DNA of 63,294 bases, counting the filler, from Octopus bimaculoides (lineage: Eukaryota): NCBI RefSeq assembly GCF_001194135.2. It is 8 parts of 8 records of this genome, joined end to end, with 100 filler letters (N's around TTAATTAATTAA, not from the genome) between each part and the next. Parts side by side here need not be neighbours in the genome. Positions count along the whole stretch, not along the records: positions 24,309 to 37,615 come from NC_068989.1; positions 37,716 to 46,720 come from NC_068981.1; 6 more parts are not named here. One strand, written 5' to 3'. Under the pieces are notes generated by a model. That model saw only the letters and a list, made by a program, of their open reading frames with translations, made no database searches and was not told where the DNA came from. The stretch's first letter is position 1. Each line of letters begins with the position of its first letter. A program made the position numbers and the translations under genes. Below are positions 24,700 through 38,089 of the stretch, in pieces.

Positions 24700-25760
24700 C
24701 TCTGAAAGAAAACTATGGAGGAAACATACGTGAGCTTACTTCATAGCAAGTCTACACATCGTTGTGTTTCGAGAACTGTATATCCCTTCAGGAGATGTGA
24801 AAATCCCGAATCCTCCTGTGCCCAACATGTTGAGAGTTTATCCTTATAAGACAGAACGATCTATCTCATTATGTTAGACATCTAGTTGGACGTAAAAGAT
24901 CACGTTTTTCTGTAGATTTGTTCATTATGGGCAATTTTAAATAATTCAGTTTCATGCGTCTATTGGTTACAGAGGTATTGTGTTCTTTTGAACTGTTTGT
25001 AGTGAGATACAATCCTGAAAACAGTATGTCCTCTAGCAGAAGACTTGCTGTAGTACAAGATCACACTCATTTCCTTTATATAGTGTATATATATATACAT
25101 ATATATGATCTCTCAGTCTGAGTTGTCTAAGTGTCTCGCAACCAGGGATATGCTTCAAACTAACCATCCTATGGGCACGAAACAAACTTTAATGTTTTAA
25201 CTTAGGTTCTAAAGCTTTGATTTCACAAATAGTGTCTTTTTATGTGAGATTCGTGAGGGTGAACAGGTGTTTCCAATTCAGTCGTTATTTTTGTTGTACT
25301 ACTATTTAGCGTTGTTCGTTCATTTAATGGGCAAATGGAAATATTATAATGACAACTTCTAATTAGAATAGTTAAAGCATTGATGTTGTATCTTTTTTTA
25401 CATTTAGTTCTGTCTTAATTATCTATCAGGTGCGTCTTAAATATTCCTTCCTAATATTGTCTTTGGTTTGTATGTGTTATATACTGTATGTTTCATTGAT
25501 TTTTCAGTGTTTGATTGTCTGTGCTTGCTTTAATTCGTTCATCTCAGTTTCTTTATCAAATATATTAGGTTGCTTCATCAATTTTATTCTCTTTAACGTT
25601 ACCTCGGTGTATTTTTTTAAATCCGAATTCCATATAAATTTCTGCAGTAAATCCATGTACTCTTTGCAGTGGTGTTTTTAGTTATTCATAATTTGCATTT
25701 TCAGCTTATCCACGCGCAAAATGATGATTGATCACGATAATATTTGTACCCTAGCCCAAT
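24700..25760 (-). mobile_element. Old R4/Dong-like RT/thumb fragment
   Basis: Minus-strand pieces: MEFGLKKYTEVTLKRIKL; ELKQAQTIKH; KINE; NIRKEYLRR; KTELNVK; INAL. These follow the R4 pattern MEFGLDKC...ELEQ..YKYLGINE..IRKEY.RR..KTELN..IN.L. The left boundary is uncertain. Confidence 0.65.
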
Positions 25761-26639
25761 CTTGATAATATAGCGAAAATGGAGTAATTTCAGATAGAAA
25801 AAGAGTGGAGGCAGACATTTCCCTAGTGTATTCCTCTTCTATTCTGAACTTTAAATTAAAGTTATTCAATTGATATTGTACTTTGAAAATGTATTCGCTT
25901 AAAGAGGTTAAGTTATATTAAGCTATTAAATATGATCAAATGTACTATAGTGATTTAGTGAATATGTTTGAGAAATGAAATAGAAAGGTGAATAGGTAAA
26001 GGTAAGGTAAGTGAGGTAGTTAGAAAAACCAGTTCATGCCGTTCAGTCCTGTTGTTGATTTCCGGTTTATGTTGTTTGATGAACATAACCTTCTTGATTC
26101 CCAGGTTATTATTTTTTTCCGTCAGTAACTAAGATAGATATTCTTACTTTACCATTGCAGCATTTGTTAGAGGTGTTTCTTGACCGAAGAAGTGAACGTG
26201 TATAAATGTTCCTTGTATGAAAACATAAGCACGTAACCATAAGCAGGCAGAATTTTAAGAATAAAGACCAAGTCCTATTTCAACATACAACTGAAACGGA
26301 AGGAAAGTTTAGCAACAGGAAATGTAAAACGGCAACAGAAACAACAAAATTTGGTATTGCAGTAACTTAGCGGTTCCCGTAACTTAGCGGTTCGGCAAAA
26401 GATATCGATAGAGTAAGTGTTAGGCTTAACACTGGTTGATTCATTGGACTAAAAATATTCCAAAGCGATGCCCCAGACTAAGGACTGAAACAAGAAAAAT
26501 ATCTAAAAAAAAATAACTAAAGATAGCTCAGAATAAATGAACCAAAAGAAAGATCCAGAAGAAATGCCACTTGACATTTTGTACGACGCAACAACGATTC
26601 TACTACCATTCCGGAGGGTCTAAGTCTAGGATTGAAAGT

Positions 26640-26925
26640 TATACCAATCCCCATAATAGATACTAGGGCATAGTGTCAAAGGTTACACCCTCTTTCCATC
26701 TGAAATAAGGACTCGATAATGTAACAGCTTAGAGTTCAAGAGACCACACCTTTTCAACTGCTTTTGCCAAAAGATCTCACAGGGCTACAAGGCGTAGACG
26801 TGGATATGTTCAAAGAAAACTTGGGCAAGTTTTTGTCAGAGATACCAGGTGAAATGACATTACGGCTAGAAGTACAAATAAGGACAACTTTGTCAGGCTC
26901 ACTGCCTCACCAGAACTATGAAAAA
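26640..26925 (+). mobile_element. CR1 (Zenon-like) LINE 3' end
   Basis: CNSLEFKRPHLFN...LPKDLTGLQGVDVDMFKENLGKFLSEIPGE, a typical CR1 C-terminus. Confidence 0.7.
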
Positions 26926-26941
26926 AGTAAAAAGAAAAAAG

Positions 26942-26985
<44 letters not shown>

Positions 26986-27445
26986 CAAATGATATATGAG
27001 TATATGCATATATACGTACATGTATGTACATATATATCCATTTATANNNNNNNNNNNNNNNNNNNNNNNNNNNNNNNNNNNNNNNNNNNNNNNNNNNNNN
27101 NNNNNNNNNNNNNNNNNNNNNNNNNNNNNNNNNNNNNNNNNNNNNNNNNNNNNNNNNNNNNNNNNNNNNNNNNNNNNNNNNNNNNNNNNNNNNNNNNNNN
27201 NNNNNNNNNNNNNNNNNNNNNNNNNNNNNNNNNNNNNNNNNNNNNNNNNNNNNNNNNNNNNNNNNNNNNNNNNNNNNNNNNNNNNNNNNNNNNNNNNNNN
27301 NNNNNNNNNNNNNNNNNNNNNNNNNNNNNNNNNNNNNNNNNNNNNNNNNNNNNNNNNNNNNNNNNNNNNNNNNNNNNNNNNNNNNNNNNNNNNNNNNNNN
27401 NNNNNNNNNNNNNNNNNNNNNNNNNNNNNNNNNNNNNNNNNNNNN

Positions 27446-27476
<31 letters not shown>

Positions 27477-27867
27477 TTGTATATATATATATATATGTAT
27501 ATATATGTGTGTATGTGTACAGGTGGGATGATGAAAACAACATGTGTGAGAAGGAGGAATGCTTTAATCAAGTCAGGTGAGTTAGTTATCTAAAATAGAC
27601 AGGTAGGTGTGTAGGACAGACAAGCTGGGTAGGCAGGTGTTGGTAAGGTGTAGCTACCGGGGGCAGGAGAATAATAGGGGTAGGTGAGGTGCGTGCTTTT
27701 GTGGTGAAGTGTTTCGCTAGACTCTGTTATTGCTCAGCTAAATATCTGTTATAATGAGGACATGACTGAGAAAACAGCAACAATTGTATTCAGACAATCT
27801 GTTACCTGCGCCCGTCACCATCTCTACCAGCCAAATATCTTCAACCAAAACGGGAAAAAAAATGATG

Positions 27868-27906
<39 letters not shown>

Positions 27907-28062
27907 NNNNNNNNNNNTGTAATATTTCTCTATTGTTGCTAATTATATGCTGTTGTTGTCGCTGATGTTTTTTTAATTTTTTTTATAAATCTTTTTTAGA
28001 ATTGTGAAAAAAGAGTTGGGTTAATATAGAGTGATGGTGATGATGATGATTATGATAATAGC

Positions 28063-28118
<56 letters not shown>

Positions 28119-28979
28119 TAATAATAATAATAATGATAATAATTGCCAAAGTGTGACGAATGAATCGCCGTTACGTTTCAAGATGTGTCGCGGATTTACA
28201 TTGAAATCAAATTAAAGAAAAAGGATAGTATACACAGTATATGTATGTATGTATGTATGTATATACATGTGNNNNNNNNNNNNNNNNNNNNNNNNNNNNN
28301 NNNNNNNNNNNNNNNNNNNNNNNNNNNNNNNNNNNNNNNNNNNNNNNNNNNNNNNNNNNNNNNNNNNNNNNNNNNNNNNNNNNNNNNNNNNNNNNNNNNN
28401 NNNNNNNNNNNNNNNNNNNNNNNNNNNNNNNNNNNNNNNNNNNNNNNNNNNNNNNNNNNNNNNNNNNNNNNNNNNNNNNNNNNNNNNNNNNNNNNNNNNN
28501 NNNNNNNNNNNNNNNNNNNGGGTGCGCACACATACGCACACGTACTCGTATGTATGTATGTATGTATGTATTATGTATGTATGTATGTATGTATGTATGC
28601 ATGTATGTATGTATGTATGCATGTATGTGTAAGCATCATCAGACAGGTGATATGGAGCTCTTCTAGCAGTGAGTATTTTCAAAAGGAGCGAAAGAGCAGA
28701 TGCTTCAATGTGTTCAAGCGAAAACCGGGGCAAACTACAATAGTCACGCGGTAATATATAATATGGAAGCAATAACCGTATTCACCTCATCTAATTGACC
28801 TTTGAAGGTTAGTTTCTTCTCTGCTAATTTTGGTGGGAGATGGCCCATCCAGCTCATTTGTTCGTTTTAAGTTCTTATTCTTGCTTAGGTCTGCGCCACG
28901 CCAGGTCCTAAATAATTTAAGCAGATCATCGGTCAAGCAGCAGATTTGACTCTTCAGTTGCCGAACAGCATGTTCATTG

Positions 28980-29330
28980 AAGTGTTGTGTTAGCCTTTGA
29001 TCCGGTCACCATCTCGTGTTCCTATGGAGCAGTTCCTACGACAACAATTTCCATATAATGGTGACGTCGTACACATATAAGCATACGGCCGTTTCAAGGC
29101 CCTTTCCAAACAAGATTGCCCCTCAACAACTCTATTTACCTTAGTAGTGACTTAAGAGTGAGTACAAAGAAATAGCACGTGAGACGGCATCCTCACGACC
29201 CGAGTCAGTGAAGTGAAACGTTTCTGATGCGTGACCATTTAATTTGACCACCAAGTAGATGCCCTTCTACACTGAAACTATCCACGCTCTAAAAACCGGA
29301 CCTCAACCGGCAAAAGAGATGACCACTTGC
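28980..29330 (-). mobile_element. Very decayed RTE 3' fragment
   Basis: QIKWSRI / VRMPSHV resemble the RTE QLRWSGHV.RMP motif. Confidence 0.35.
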
Positions 29331-29479
29331 AAGTCTTGACTAAAGGCTGACCGTGTCAAATCCTTTCGATTCATCAGAAATCAAATTAATCAGAAATCCA
29401 GATTTGATATCTGTTCTCCCAACAATATATTGCATGTGATGGTGATTGTCGTACATAAACCTGACTGGGACTGTACAGT

Positions 29480-29850
29480 TTTTTTACTGTTATACCTGTT
29501 TACGGACACACCGCTTTATTGGCACACCACTACATTGACAAACCTTTTTACTGACAAATATCCCTTTACTGATACACGTCTTTACCAACACATCTCTTTA
29601 CTAATTCACTTTTTTATTGGCACACCTCTTTACTGGCACACCTCATTTTCGAGACACTTCTTAACTTTTTCATGTCTATTTATGGATACACCTCTTAACA
29701 GATACACCTCTATACTGATACATCTCGTTATTGACACACCTCTTTATGGGTACGCCTCTTAATTGACATATATTACTGACACACCTCTTTATTAGCATAC
29801 TACCATACAGGCACACCTCTTCTCTGTCACACTTTTTTATTGGCACGCTA
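29480..29850. repeat. Degenerate minisatellite, about 17-bp unit TTTACTGACACACCTCT
   Basis: About 20 imperfect units read directly. Confidence 0.8.
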
Positions 29851-29883
29851 CTAACAAGAGCCAGTCTCTTCCCTTGTCTAAAG

Positions 29884-30010
29884 CAATGGTTCCCAAACTA
29901 TGAGTCGCGACACACTGATGGGTCGCGAACGGAATCCTAGTGGGTCGCAAAAAGTTATAAAATTACGCATTAGCTTTGATTAACTGCTGTCTATCGAAAT
30001 AGTTCAAGAC
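29884..30010 (+). mobile_element. hAT (Charlie-like) element 5' end
   Basis: CAATGGTTCCCAAACT...GGGTCGCGA preceded by GTCTAAAG. Confidence 0.7.
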
Positions 30011-30968
30011 TCATGTTTTCAATACCAGACTGGTTGTTTTATCAAGCAGTAGGCTTTTTTCACGAACTTAACAAATCAGAGGTGGTCATTTTCTCAAGTT
30101 ATTTATTCGTACGTAATCGTAAAAAGGAAAAGTCTGTTTTTGACTATTTATAGAGAACTTTAACTAGGCGCAGTACAACACTGATCGAGCCGATAACAGT
30201 TACTGCTTCGAGGTTTTGTATTAGAGTTAATACCTGCCCATAGGGTATGGAGACGTTGAAACAGTTANNNNNNNNNNNNNNNNNNNNNNNNNNNNNNNNN
30301 NNNNNNNNNNNNNNNNNNNNNNNNNNNNNNNNNNNNNNNNNNNNNNNNNNNNNNNNNNNNNNNNNNNNNNNNNNNNNNNNNNNNNNNNNNNNNNNNNNNN
30401 NNNNNNNNNNNNNNNNNNNNNNNNNNNNNNNNNNNNNNNNNNNNNNNNNNNNNNNNNNNNNNNNNNNNNNNNNNNNNNNNNNNNNNNNNNNNNNNNNNNN
30501 NNNNNNNNNNNNNNNNNNNNNNNNNNNNNNNNNNNNNNNNNNNNNNNNNNNNNNNNNNNNNNNNNNNNNNNNNNNNNNNNNNNNNNNNNNNNNNNNNNNN
30601 NNNNNNNNNNNNNNNNNNNNNNNNNNNNNNNNNNNNNNNNNNNNNNNNNNNNNNNNNNNNNNNNNNNNNNNNNNNNNNNNNNNNNNNNNNNNNNNNNNNN
30701 NNNNNNNNNNNNNNNNNNNNNNNNNNNNNNNNNNNNNNNNNNNNNNNNNNNNNNNNNNNNNNNNNNNNNNNNNNNNNNNNNNNNNNNNNNNNNNNNNNNN
30801 NNNNNNNNNNNNNNNNNNNNNNNNNNNNNNNNNNNNNNNNNNNNNNNNNNNNNNNNNNNNNNNNNNNNNNNNNNNNNNNNNNNNNNNNNNNNNNNNNNNN
30901 NNNNNNNNNNNNNNNNNNNNNNNNNNNNNNNNNNNNNNNNNNNNNNNNNNNNNNNNNNNNNNNNNNNN

Positions 30969-31007
<39 letters not shown>

Positions 31008-31016
31008 CATACATAC

Positions 31017-31049
<33 letters not shown>

Positions 31050-33551
31050 CATGTATATAAATACCTATACACAAGTACATACACACACTCATATTTACGT
31101 GCATGCGCAAAATATATACAGTAAGTTTTCTTTTCACAGATGAGGTGAACAACCTGGAAATGTTAATATTCTTAGCTAGAATTCATCTCATCTCAAACAA
31201 AGCTGTATTTACTAAAAACATTAGTTAGGAGTAAGCAAGGAATAATAATTCAAACTACTTCAGGGCCATATTGATTTAACGACAGCCACGGATGAGATAT
31301 TTGTGGCAGAGGTAATTTTACATGTACTTGTTAATTACTGAAATTAAACGTCTGGAACTTTAGGTTTTCAGTAATCAATCTTTCGTGTGCGCATGAGCGT
31401 ATGCGTTTGTCTCTCCGAGTAAACGTACATACGTTCGTGCATATGTGTTTCTGTATATGGGTTTGTATTTGTTAACTTCTTTCTCTGTCTCAGTATTTTA
31501 GTATTTGCACGTATATATATATATATGCGCATGCGTGCATATAATTATGTACGTAGGTATGTCTGCCATTAGTCAGTTTATTTCAAGATTTCTTGCCAAT
31601 AGAGAACGAACCGGTTTCTAACCCAGATCCAAGGCTCCTTCATTGGAATTTCAACATCAACAACAGGGTATTTTTGTTTGGATGTATGTATGTATGTATG
31701 TATGTATGTATGTATGTATGTATTTTATACAAGTTATTAATGTTCTAGTAGCAATTAATGTTCTAGTAGCAATAACAGTGAAGGTGACGATGACGGTGAC
31801 AACAACAATAGCAACAACAACAATAATATGCCAAACTTTCAAAATGAACTTCTACATAGAACCTTCCAATATATACAGAAATGACACACACACACTCAAC
31901 AAAACCTCCTTTCTAAAAAACACTTCCAGCTTTCTAGATACGGCTAATAGAGCTGATGCCACAAACAACGTATGTGGTGGAATATTTGCTTATAAAAACT
32001 TGTATATGCACACATGAGAGTAAGGGGACATCCGAGTAAGGCTGTGCACACGAACCCACACATATAGATGTGCATTGGAGTGCCTATAGCGATCTATCTA
32101 TAATGTTTGTAGGCTTTTTGGGTGCTTTGTATTTCTAAGGGTTTTTTGACATATATCTTTTTTTTATATGTTTGCATGTCCCACATGCTATACCTTCATT
32201 TNNNNNNNNNNNNNNNNNNNNNNNNNNNNNNNNNNNNNNNNNNNNNNNNNNNNNNNNNNNNNNNNNNNNNNNNNNNNNNNNNNNNNNNNNNNNNNNNNNN
32301 NNNNNNNNNNNNNNNNNNNNNNNNNNNNNNNNNNNNNNNNNNNNNNNNNNNNNNNNNNNNNNNNNNNNNNNNNNNNNNNNNNNNNNNNNNNNNNNNNNNN
32401 NNNNNNNNNNNNNNNNNNNNNNNNNNNNNNNNNNNNNNNNNNNNNNNNNNNNNNNNNNNNNNNNNNNNNNNNNNNNNNNNNNNNNNNNNNNNNNNNNNNN
32501 NNNNNNNNNNNNNNNNNNNNNNNNNNNNNNNNNNNNNNNNNNNNNNNNNNNNNNNNNNNNNNNNNNNNNNNNNNNNNNNNNNNNNNNNNNNNNNNNNNNN
32601 NNNNNNNNNNNNNNNNNNNNNNNNNNNNNNNNNNNNNNNNNNNNNNNNNNNNNNNNNNNNNNNNNNNNNNNNNNNNNNNNNNNNNNNNNNNNNNNNNNNN
32701 NNNNNNNNNNNNNNNNNNNNNNNNNNNNNNNNNNNNNNNNNNNNNNNNNNNNNNNNNNNNNNNNNNNNNNNNNNNNNNNNNNNNNNNNNNNNNNNNNNNN
32801 NNNNNNNNNNNNNNNNNNNNNNNNNNNNNNNNNNNNNNNNNNNNNNNNNNNNNNNNNNNNNNNNNNNNNNNNNNNNNNNNNNNNNNNNNNNNNNNNNNNN
32901 NNNNNNNNNNNNNNNNNNNNNNNNNNNNNNNNNNNNNNNNNNNNNNNNNNNNNNNNNNNNNNNNNNNNNNNNNNNNNNNNNNNNNNNNNNNNNNNNNNNN
33001 NNNNNNNNNNNNNNNNNNNNNNNNNNNNNNNNNNNNNNNNNNNNNNNNNNNNNNNNNNNNNNNNNNNNNNNNNNNNNNNNNNNNNNNNNNNNNNNNNNNC
33101 TTGTATGTATGTATATAAAAAGGAATACAAAAAATGGGACAAGAACGCAAAACATCCAGGCAGATGATACAAAAAAAAGGGACTAAAAAGACAAGGACGG
33201 GTCATTCGGGGTTTTCTTTCCTTAGTCGAGTTCCAGACTGGATTTGCAATTTCGGCTGGTTATACTCGAGATTGCTCTAATCTGGCCAGCCCCAAGGAAA
33301 AACAAAGCTAAGAGTATTAGATTCCTTGAAAGAAAGCACCGAATGTATACGAAAACAAGGACGAAAAAAAACGGAGAAATGGTACACAAATACAATTGCA
33401 AATAACAGGTGTCTTTCGATTAAGGGCAAATTGAATTAAGCTGGCGTGTGTGGGAGTGAAGCCTTACGACAGGGAATAAGGGATGGCAGGCATGGGGAAG
33501 AATATAAATGTTGCACGGATGATAGTCGTGTCAGGAAGGAATGAATGTATG

Positions 33552-33583
<32 letters not shown>

Positions 33584-33639
33584 CAACAGGTTGTATGGAG
33601 CACCGCATGGATAAATCTAAGGTAGGGCAGTAAGAACAC

Positions 33640-34009
33640 TACTATACCGTCGTGGCCCTCCGTCGGTTGCAACGAGGAAGGTTCCATTTGATCCGATCAA
33701 CGGAACAGCCTGCTCGTGAAATTAACGTGCAAGTGGCTGAGCACTCCAAAGACACGTGTACCCTTAACATAGTTCTCGGGGAGATTCAGCGTGACACAGA
33801 GTGTCACAAGGCTGGCCCTTTGAAATACAAGTACAACAAGAAGAAATAGAAAGTTGTGGTGAAAGAGTATAGCAGGGTTCGCCATAACCCCTTGCCGGAG
33901 CCTCGTGGAGCTTTAAGTGTTTTCGCTCAATAAACACTCGCAATGCCCAGTCTGGGAATCGAAACCGCGATCCTATGACCGCTCCCCTAACCACTAAACC
34001 ATTGCGCCT

Positions 34010-34012
<3 letters not shown>
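33640..34012 (-). mobile_element. Composite of SINE pieces: S2 body plus another tRNA-derived head
   Basis: 33640-33840 is the reverse complement of about 6150-6320. 33845-34012 on the minus strand has A box TGGTTTAGTGG and B box GGTTTCGATTCC. Confidence 0.75.
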
Positions 34013-34067
<55 letters not shown>

Positions 34068-34563
34068 ACATATATTTATGTACATCATACGTGAACCATA
34101 TACATACACACACACATATATACACATAAGTACACATACACACATATGTCTTCATATTCTTAAGTGCCCGGGTGTGTATGTGTATATGTGTGTCCACACG
34201 CACACATGTGTGTGTGTGCGCGCGCGAGCGTGCAGCTATGTTTTAAGGACCTTTGGGACACGTTATTCGATTAACTATGGGTTCGTTATTGTTGCTTTAC
34301 CACAAAATGCAGCATTTTCCTTTCAGCTGACGTAATACATACATACATACATACAAACAAACACACATACATAGATACATACATGATTACATACATGCAT
34401 ACATACACACATACATACATGATTACATACATACATACATACATACATACATGCATACATACATACACTTACGCTGGTACTTACAGACATGCACACGCTT
34501 ATACACAGGCGCCCGCATATCAAACGGTACAATTGCCCATACATTAATCCAATTTTTCGCATT

Positions 34564-34615
<52 letters not shown>

Positions 34616-34627
34616 TGTGTATATATA

Positions 34628-34673
<46 letters not shown>

Positions 34674-35199
34674 TTTGTTGATATCTATATACACAAACAT
34701 TTATATACATATACATATTTTCGTATATACACACATGTATATAACTTTGTATGTATATATACGTATCTATATATATAATTATGTATTTATACGCAATAAA
34801 TATTTTATTCTTTCTCAGAATGGAACGATTTTGTCGATATTGGTCACGTGATATCAAAGATCAACCCTGGCTATCGAGAAAAGCTTTTTAACCTAGATTG
34901 GTCCAATGAAGTTTAATACTCAACAGAAATATTTGCGGCTGTGTGGACAATTGCTATGGCGATTAGAAAACAGCGTTAGCTAAAGAAACATCAATATCAC
35001 CACTTTCTGGTCAATTGTTGATCCACAACTGTCAATAGTTCTCTTGTCGGTTCTTCTGGATGATCAGAACAGATTTTAGAGGTCGTGCGGTGACCAGCCT
35101 AAATAGAGAAATTATGTCAAAGTAAAAAAAAAGCCTCAGAAGATGATAATGAAGTGATAATTCAGTCAACAAAGTGGTAAACTATGGTTTCTTCTTGGA

Positions 35200-35372
35200 C
35201 AGTCCTGGGCAAACTGCGGCCTACAGGATTTTCTGAATGGCACGCTAAATGAAAATTTCCTTGATCTTTTTATAATTTTAGTAGTGCGACCTGCTTGATA
35301 ATGGGCCATGTTTCAAGCGGCCTGGCTCTCGAAAACAGTGGCCCGCCTCTCGGAAATGTTTGCCCATGACTG
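35200..35372. mobile_element. Complete 173-bp hAT MITE
   Basis: TIRs CAGTCCTGGGCAAAC and GTTTGCCCATGACTG (14/15 match); the 8-bp TSD is degraded. Confidence 0.8.
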
Positions 35373-35659
35373 ACCTAGGGTTTAAAATAGCTACCAATCC
35401 GTCTAACAGTAGCAAACTGGTGAAAGCCGTGTTCATTTCCAGTGTATGCAAAGAGAGTTGCGCAGAAAACTGGAGCTGTACGAAGGCTTAGAATAAAGCG
35501 CATATTGAAGGAAATGTCAGTGTCTAGAACAGGGGTTATCAAGCTTTGCAGAATCCAGGCCAGATCCAAAACCAGGATTTTTTTAGGGGGTTGCACCAAT
35601 AAACAAATAAAACATAAGTCAATTAAAGGAAAAGGTTTATTATATTTATAGAGAGAAGA

Positions 35660-35711
35660 GAACAACGGGGCTGCTGGATGGGTGTTTGGGGTCCGTAGTT
35701 GAGAACCGTTG
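35660..35711 (-). mobile_element. hAT element terminus
   Basis: Minus strand CAACGGTTCTCAACTACGGACCCC, abutting ATCTAGAA. Confidence 0.6.
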
Positions 35712-35754
35712 ATCTAGAAAGTAGAAGTCTGAACATCATGGAGAATCTCTAGGT

Positions 35755-36080
35755 ACATGGCTCAGTGGTTAGGGCGTCGGTTCATAATCATGAGGTAGTA
35801 AGTTCGATTCCTGGATCTGGGCTGTGTGTTGCGTTTTTGAGCAAGAGACTTCATTTCACGTTGCTCAGCTGTAGAAATGAGTTGCCATGTCACTCGTACC
35901 AAGCTGTATCGGCCTTTACCTTTCTCTTGGATAACATAGGTGGCGTGGAGAGGGGAAGCTGGTATCCATGGACCACTGCCGGTCTTCCATAAACCAACCT
36001 TGCCCGAAATTGTGCCTCAGAAGATAACTTTCTAAGTGCAATCCCATGGCCATTCATTGCCGAAAGGGGTCTTTACTTAC
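35755..36080 (+). mobile_element. tRNA-derived SINE, S2-related head
   Basis: TGGCTCAGTGG...AGTTCGATTCC...TTGAGCAAGA. Confidence 0.7.
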
Positions 36081-36529
36081 TCTACATAACTTAGTCATCT
36101 AACATAACTCAATCGAAAACAAAGCCTCGTGATTATCACAGTTTATGGAGAAAAATCTTCCAATTAAGTCGCCATTACATGAAGAAAAGGATTGCTGCAA
36201 CAACAACAACAACAATAAAATCAATATCTTTTGCCTTTTGTCTTTTACTTGTTTCAGTCACTGGACTTCGACCATGCTGGGGCACCATGATTTGTATAGA
36301 GAATGAATTAAACTTGAGTTATGTAGTCATAGAAGTGCTATATAGATCTATACGCATCTTATATGATTTTTATACATTTTATACAACAGTTTGTGAAAAT
36401 TGGCATCGTTAGGTATGGGTTTTCAATTGACCAATCACAGCGTGAGTAAAAAATGGAGTATCTGCAAATTGGTGCAGAACCAATATTGCACTGTGTTAAA
36501 GTACTGGCTTTTCGGTTTTCTAACCGATG

Positions 36530-36595
<66 letters not shown>

Positions 36596-36974
36596 AATAT
36601 TACTACCGACAAATATAATCCACACACTAACACACACACTTACATATAGACACATGCATGCATTGCACACGCATATACACGCATATTTTATATCATTGTT
36701 TCATTGTGCCATTCATTTTGAAAGCATAGCGTTTCTGAAAATCTTGTTGTGTTATGCTATCTCGTAACGCGAAGCGTATTCCCGAGTGACCTGTATTTAC
36801 ATTGACATCTACGATACATAAAAGTCAATGGGAAATAGATTTCGTGTTACGGGACGTCGACGTTATAGGAAGAATTTCAAGAATGCAACGTTTCCATAAT
36901 GCCGAGTATGCCTGTATGACCATATGTATATCTATATATCTATCTATCTATCTATCTATTTATCTATCTATCTA

Positions 36975-37053
<79 letters not shown>

Positions 37054-38025
37054 GTGTCTGTCTGTCTCTTTGTCTGTCTGTCTATCTATCTATCTATCTA
37101 TCTATCTATCAATCTATCTATCTATCCCTAAAAGGAAGGAGGAAGAGGAGCAAGAAAAGAAAAGCAAACACAAACAAAGCAGGGAGATACACAACTCCCG
37201 AATACACTCCAGACACCAACACAAGCACACACAACAACAACACAACCAACAAAACCCCAAAAGCAAGCACACACACAATGCTCACTGCCATCAACAAAAA
37301 AACTCAGAGTTGATGGAATACATCAACACAAAAACAAACATAACAAACGAAGACATAAAAACCAGCAACCACCCGTACACAACACCGCCAGAACACATCA
37401 AAATACTACACATTACACCAACCCTGCACCGCACACTAAAATCTATTTTTCCAAAGGCAGTTGGCAAATGCCAAAAATACCTGGCGAAAAAACTGTACAA
37501 GGATCTCCTCGAAGAAAACCCGAAGGAGGAGACAAAAACTCTCGAAGGGTAAGTGACTCTCCTTAAAACTCTAACAGTCACATTAGAATTATGCTCAAGA
37601 TTGGTTGTGTAAATGNNNNNNNNNNNNNNNNNNNNNNNNNNNNNNNNNNNNNNNNNNNNTTAATTAATTAANNNNNNNNNNNNNNNNNNNNNNNNNNNNN
37701 NNNNNNNNNNNNNNNATATCGATACATTAAATATATATACAGGGTAGCAAATATTTTTTACAAATTTCATTACCAGTGGCCTAGTATGTATTAAAATGTC
37801 AATAGACGACATATTATTCAATATAAAATAGTGTACATTTAAACACATAATTATTTGTCTCATAATTATAGGTTAGTCTTGGATGGCTCGGTTACTGATG
37901 AGAATTTGCCTAGTAAATTATTTTATTTACTAAAAAAATTCGAAACCTATAGGTATAACCGTAAAAACAAGGTAAAAGTTTTTATTTTTCATTTCCCTTT
38001 GAAATTGCTTAAATTTTGTGTTTAA

Positions 38026-38089
<64 letters not shown>

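Noticed and set aside
31728-31763. 18-bp tandem duplication TTAATGTTCTAGTAGCAA
   Set aside because: A simple local slippage duplication with no associated element.
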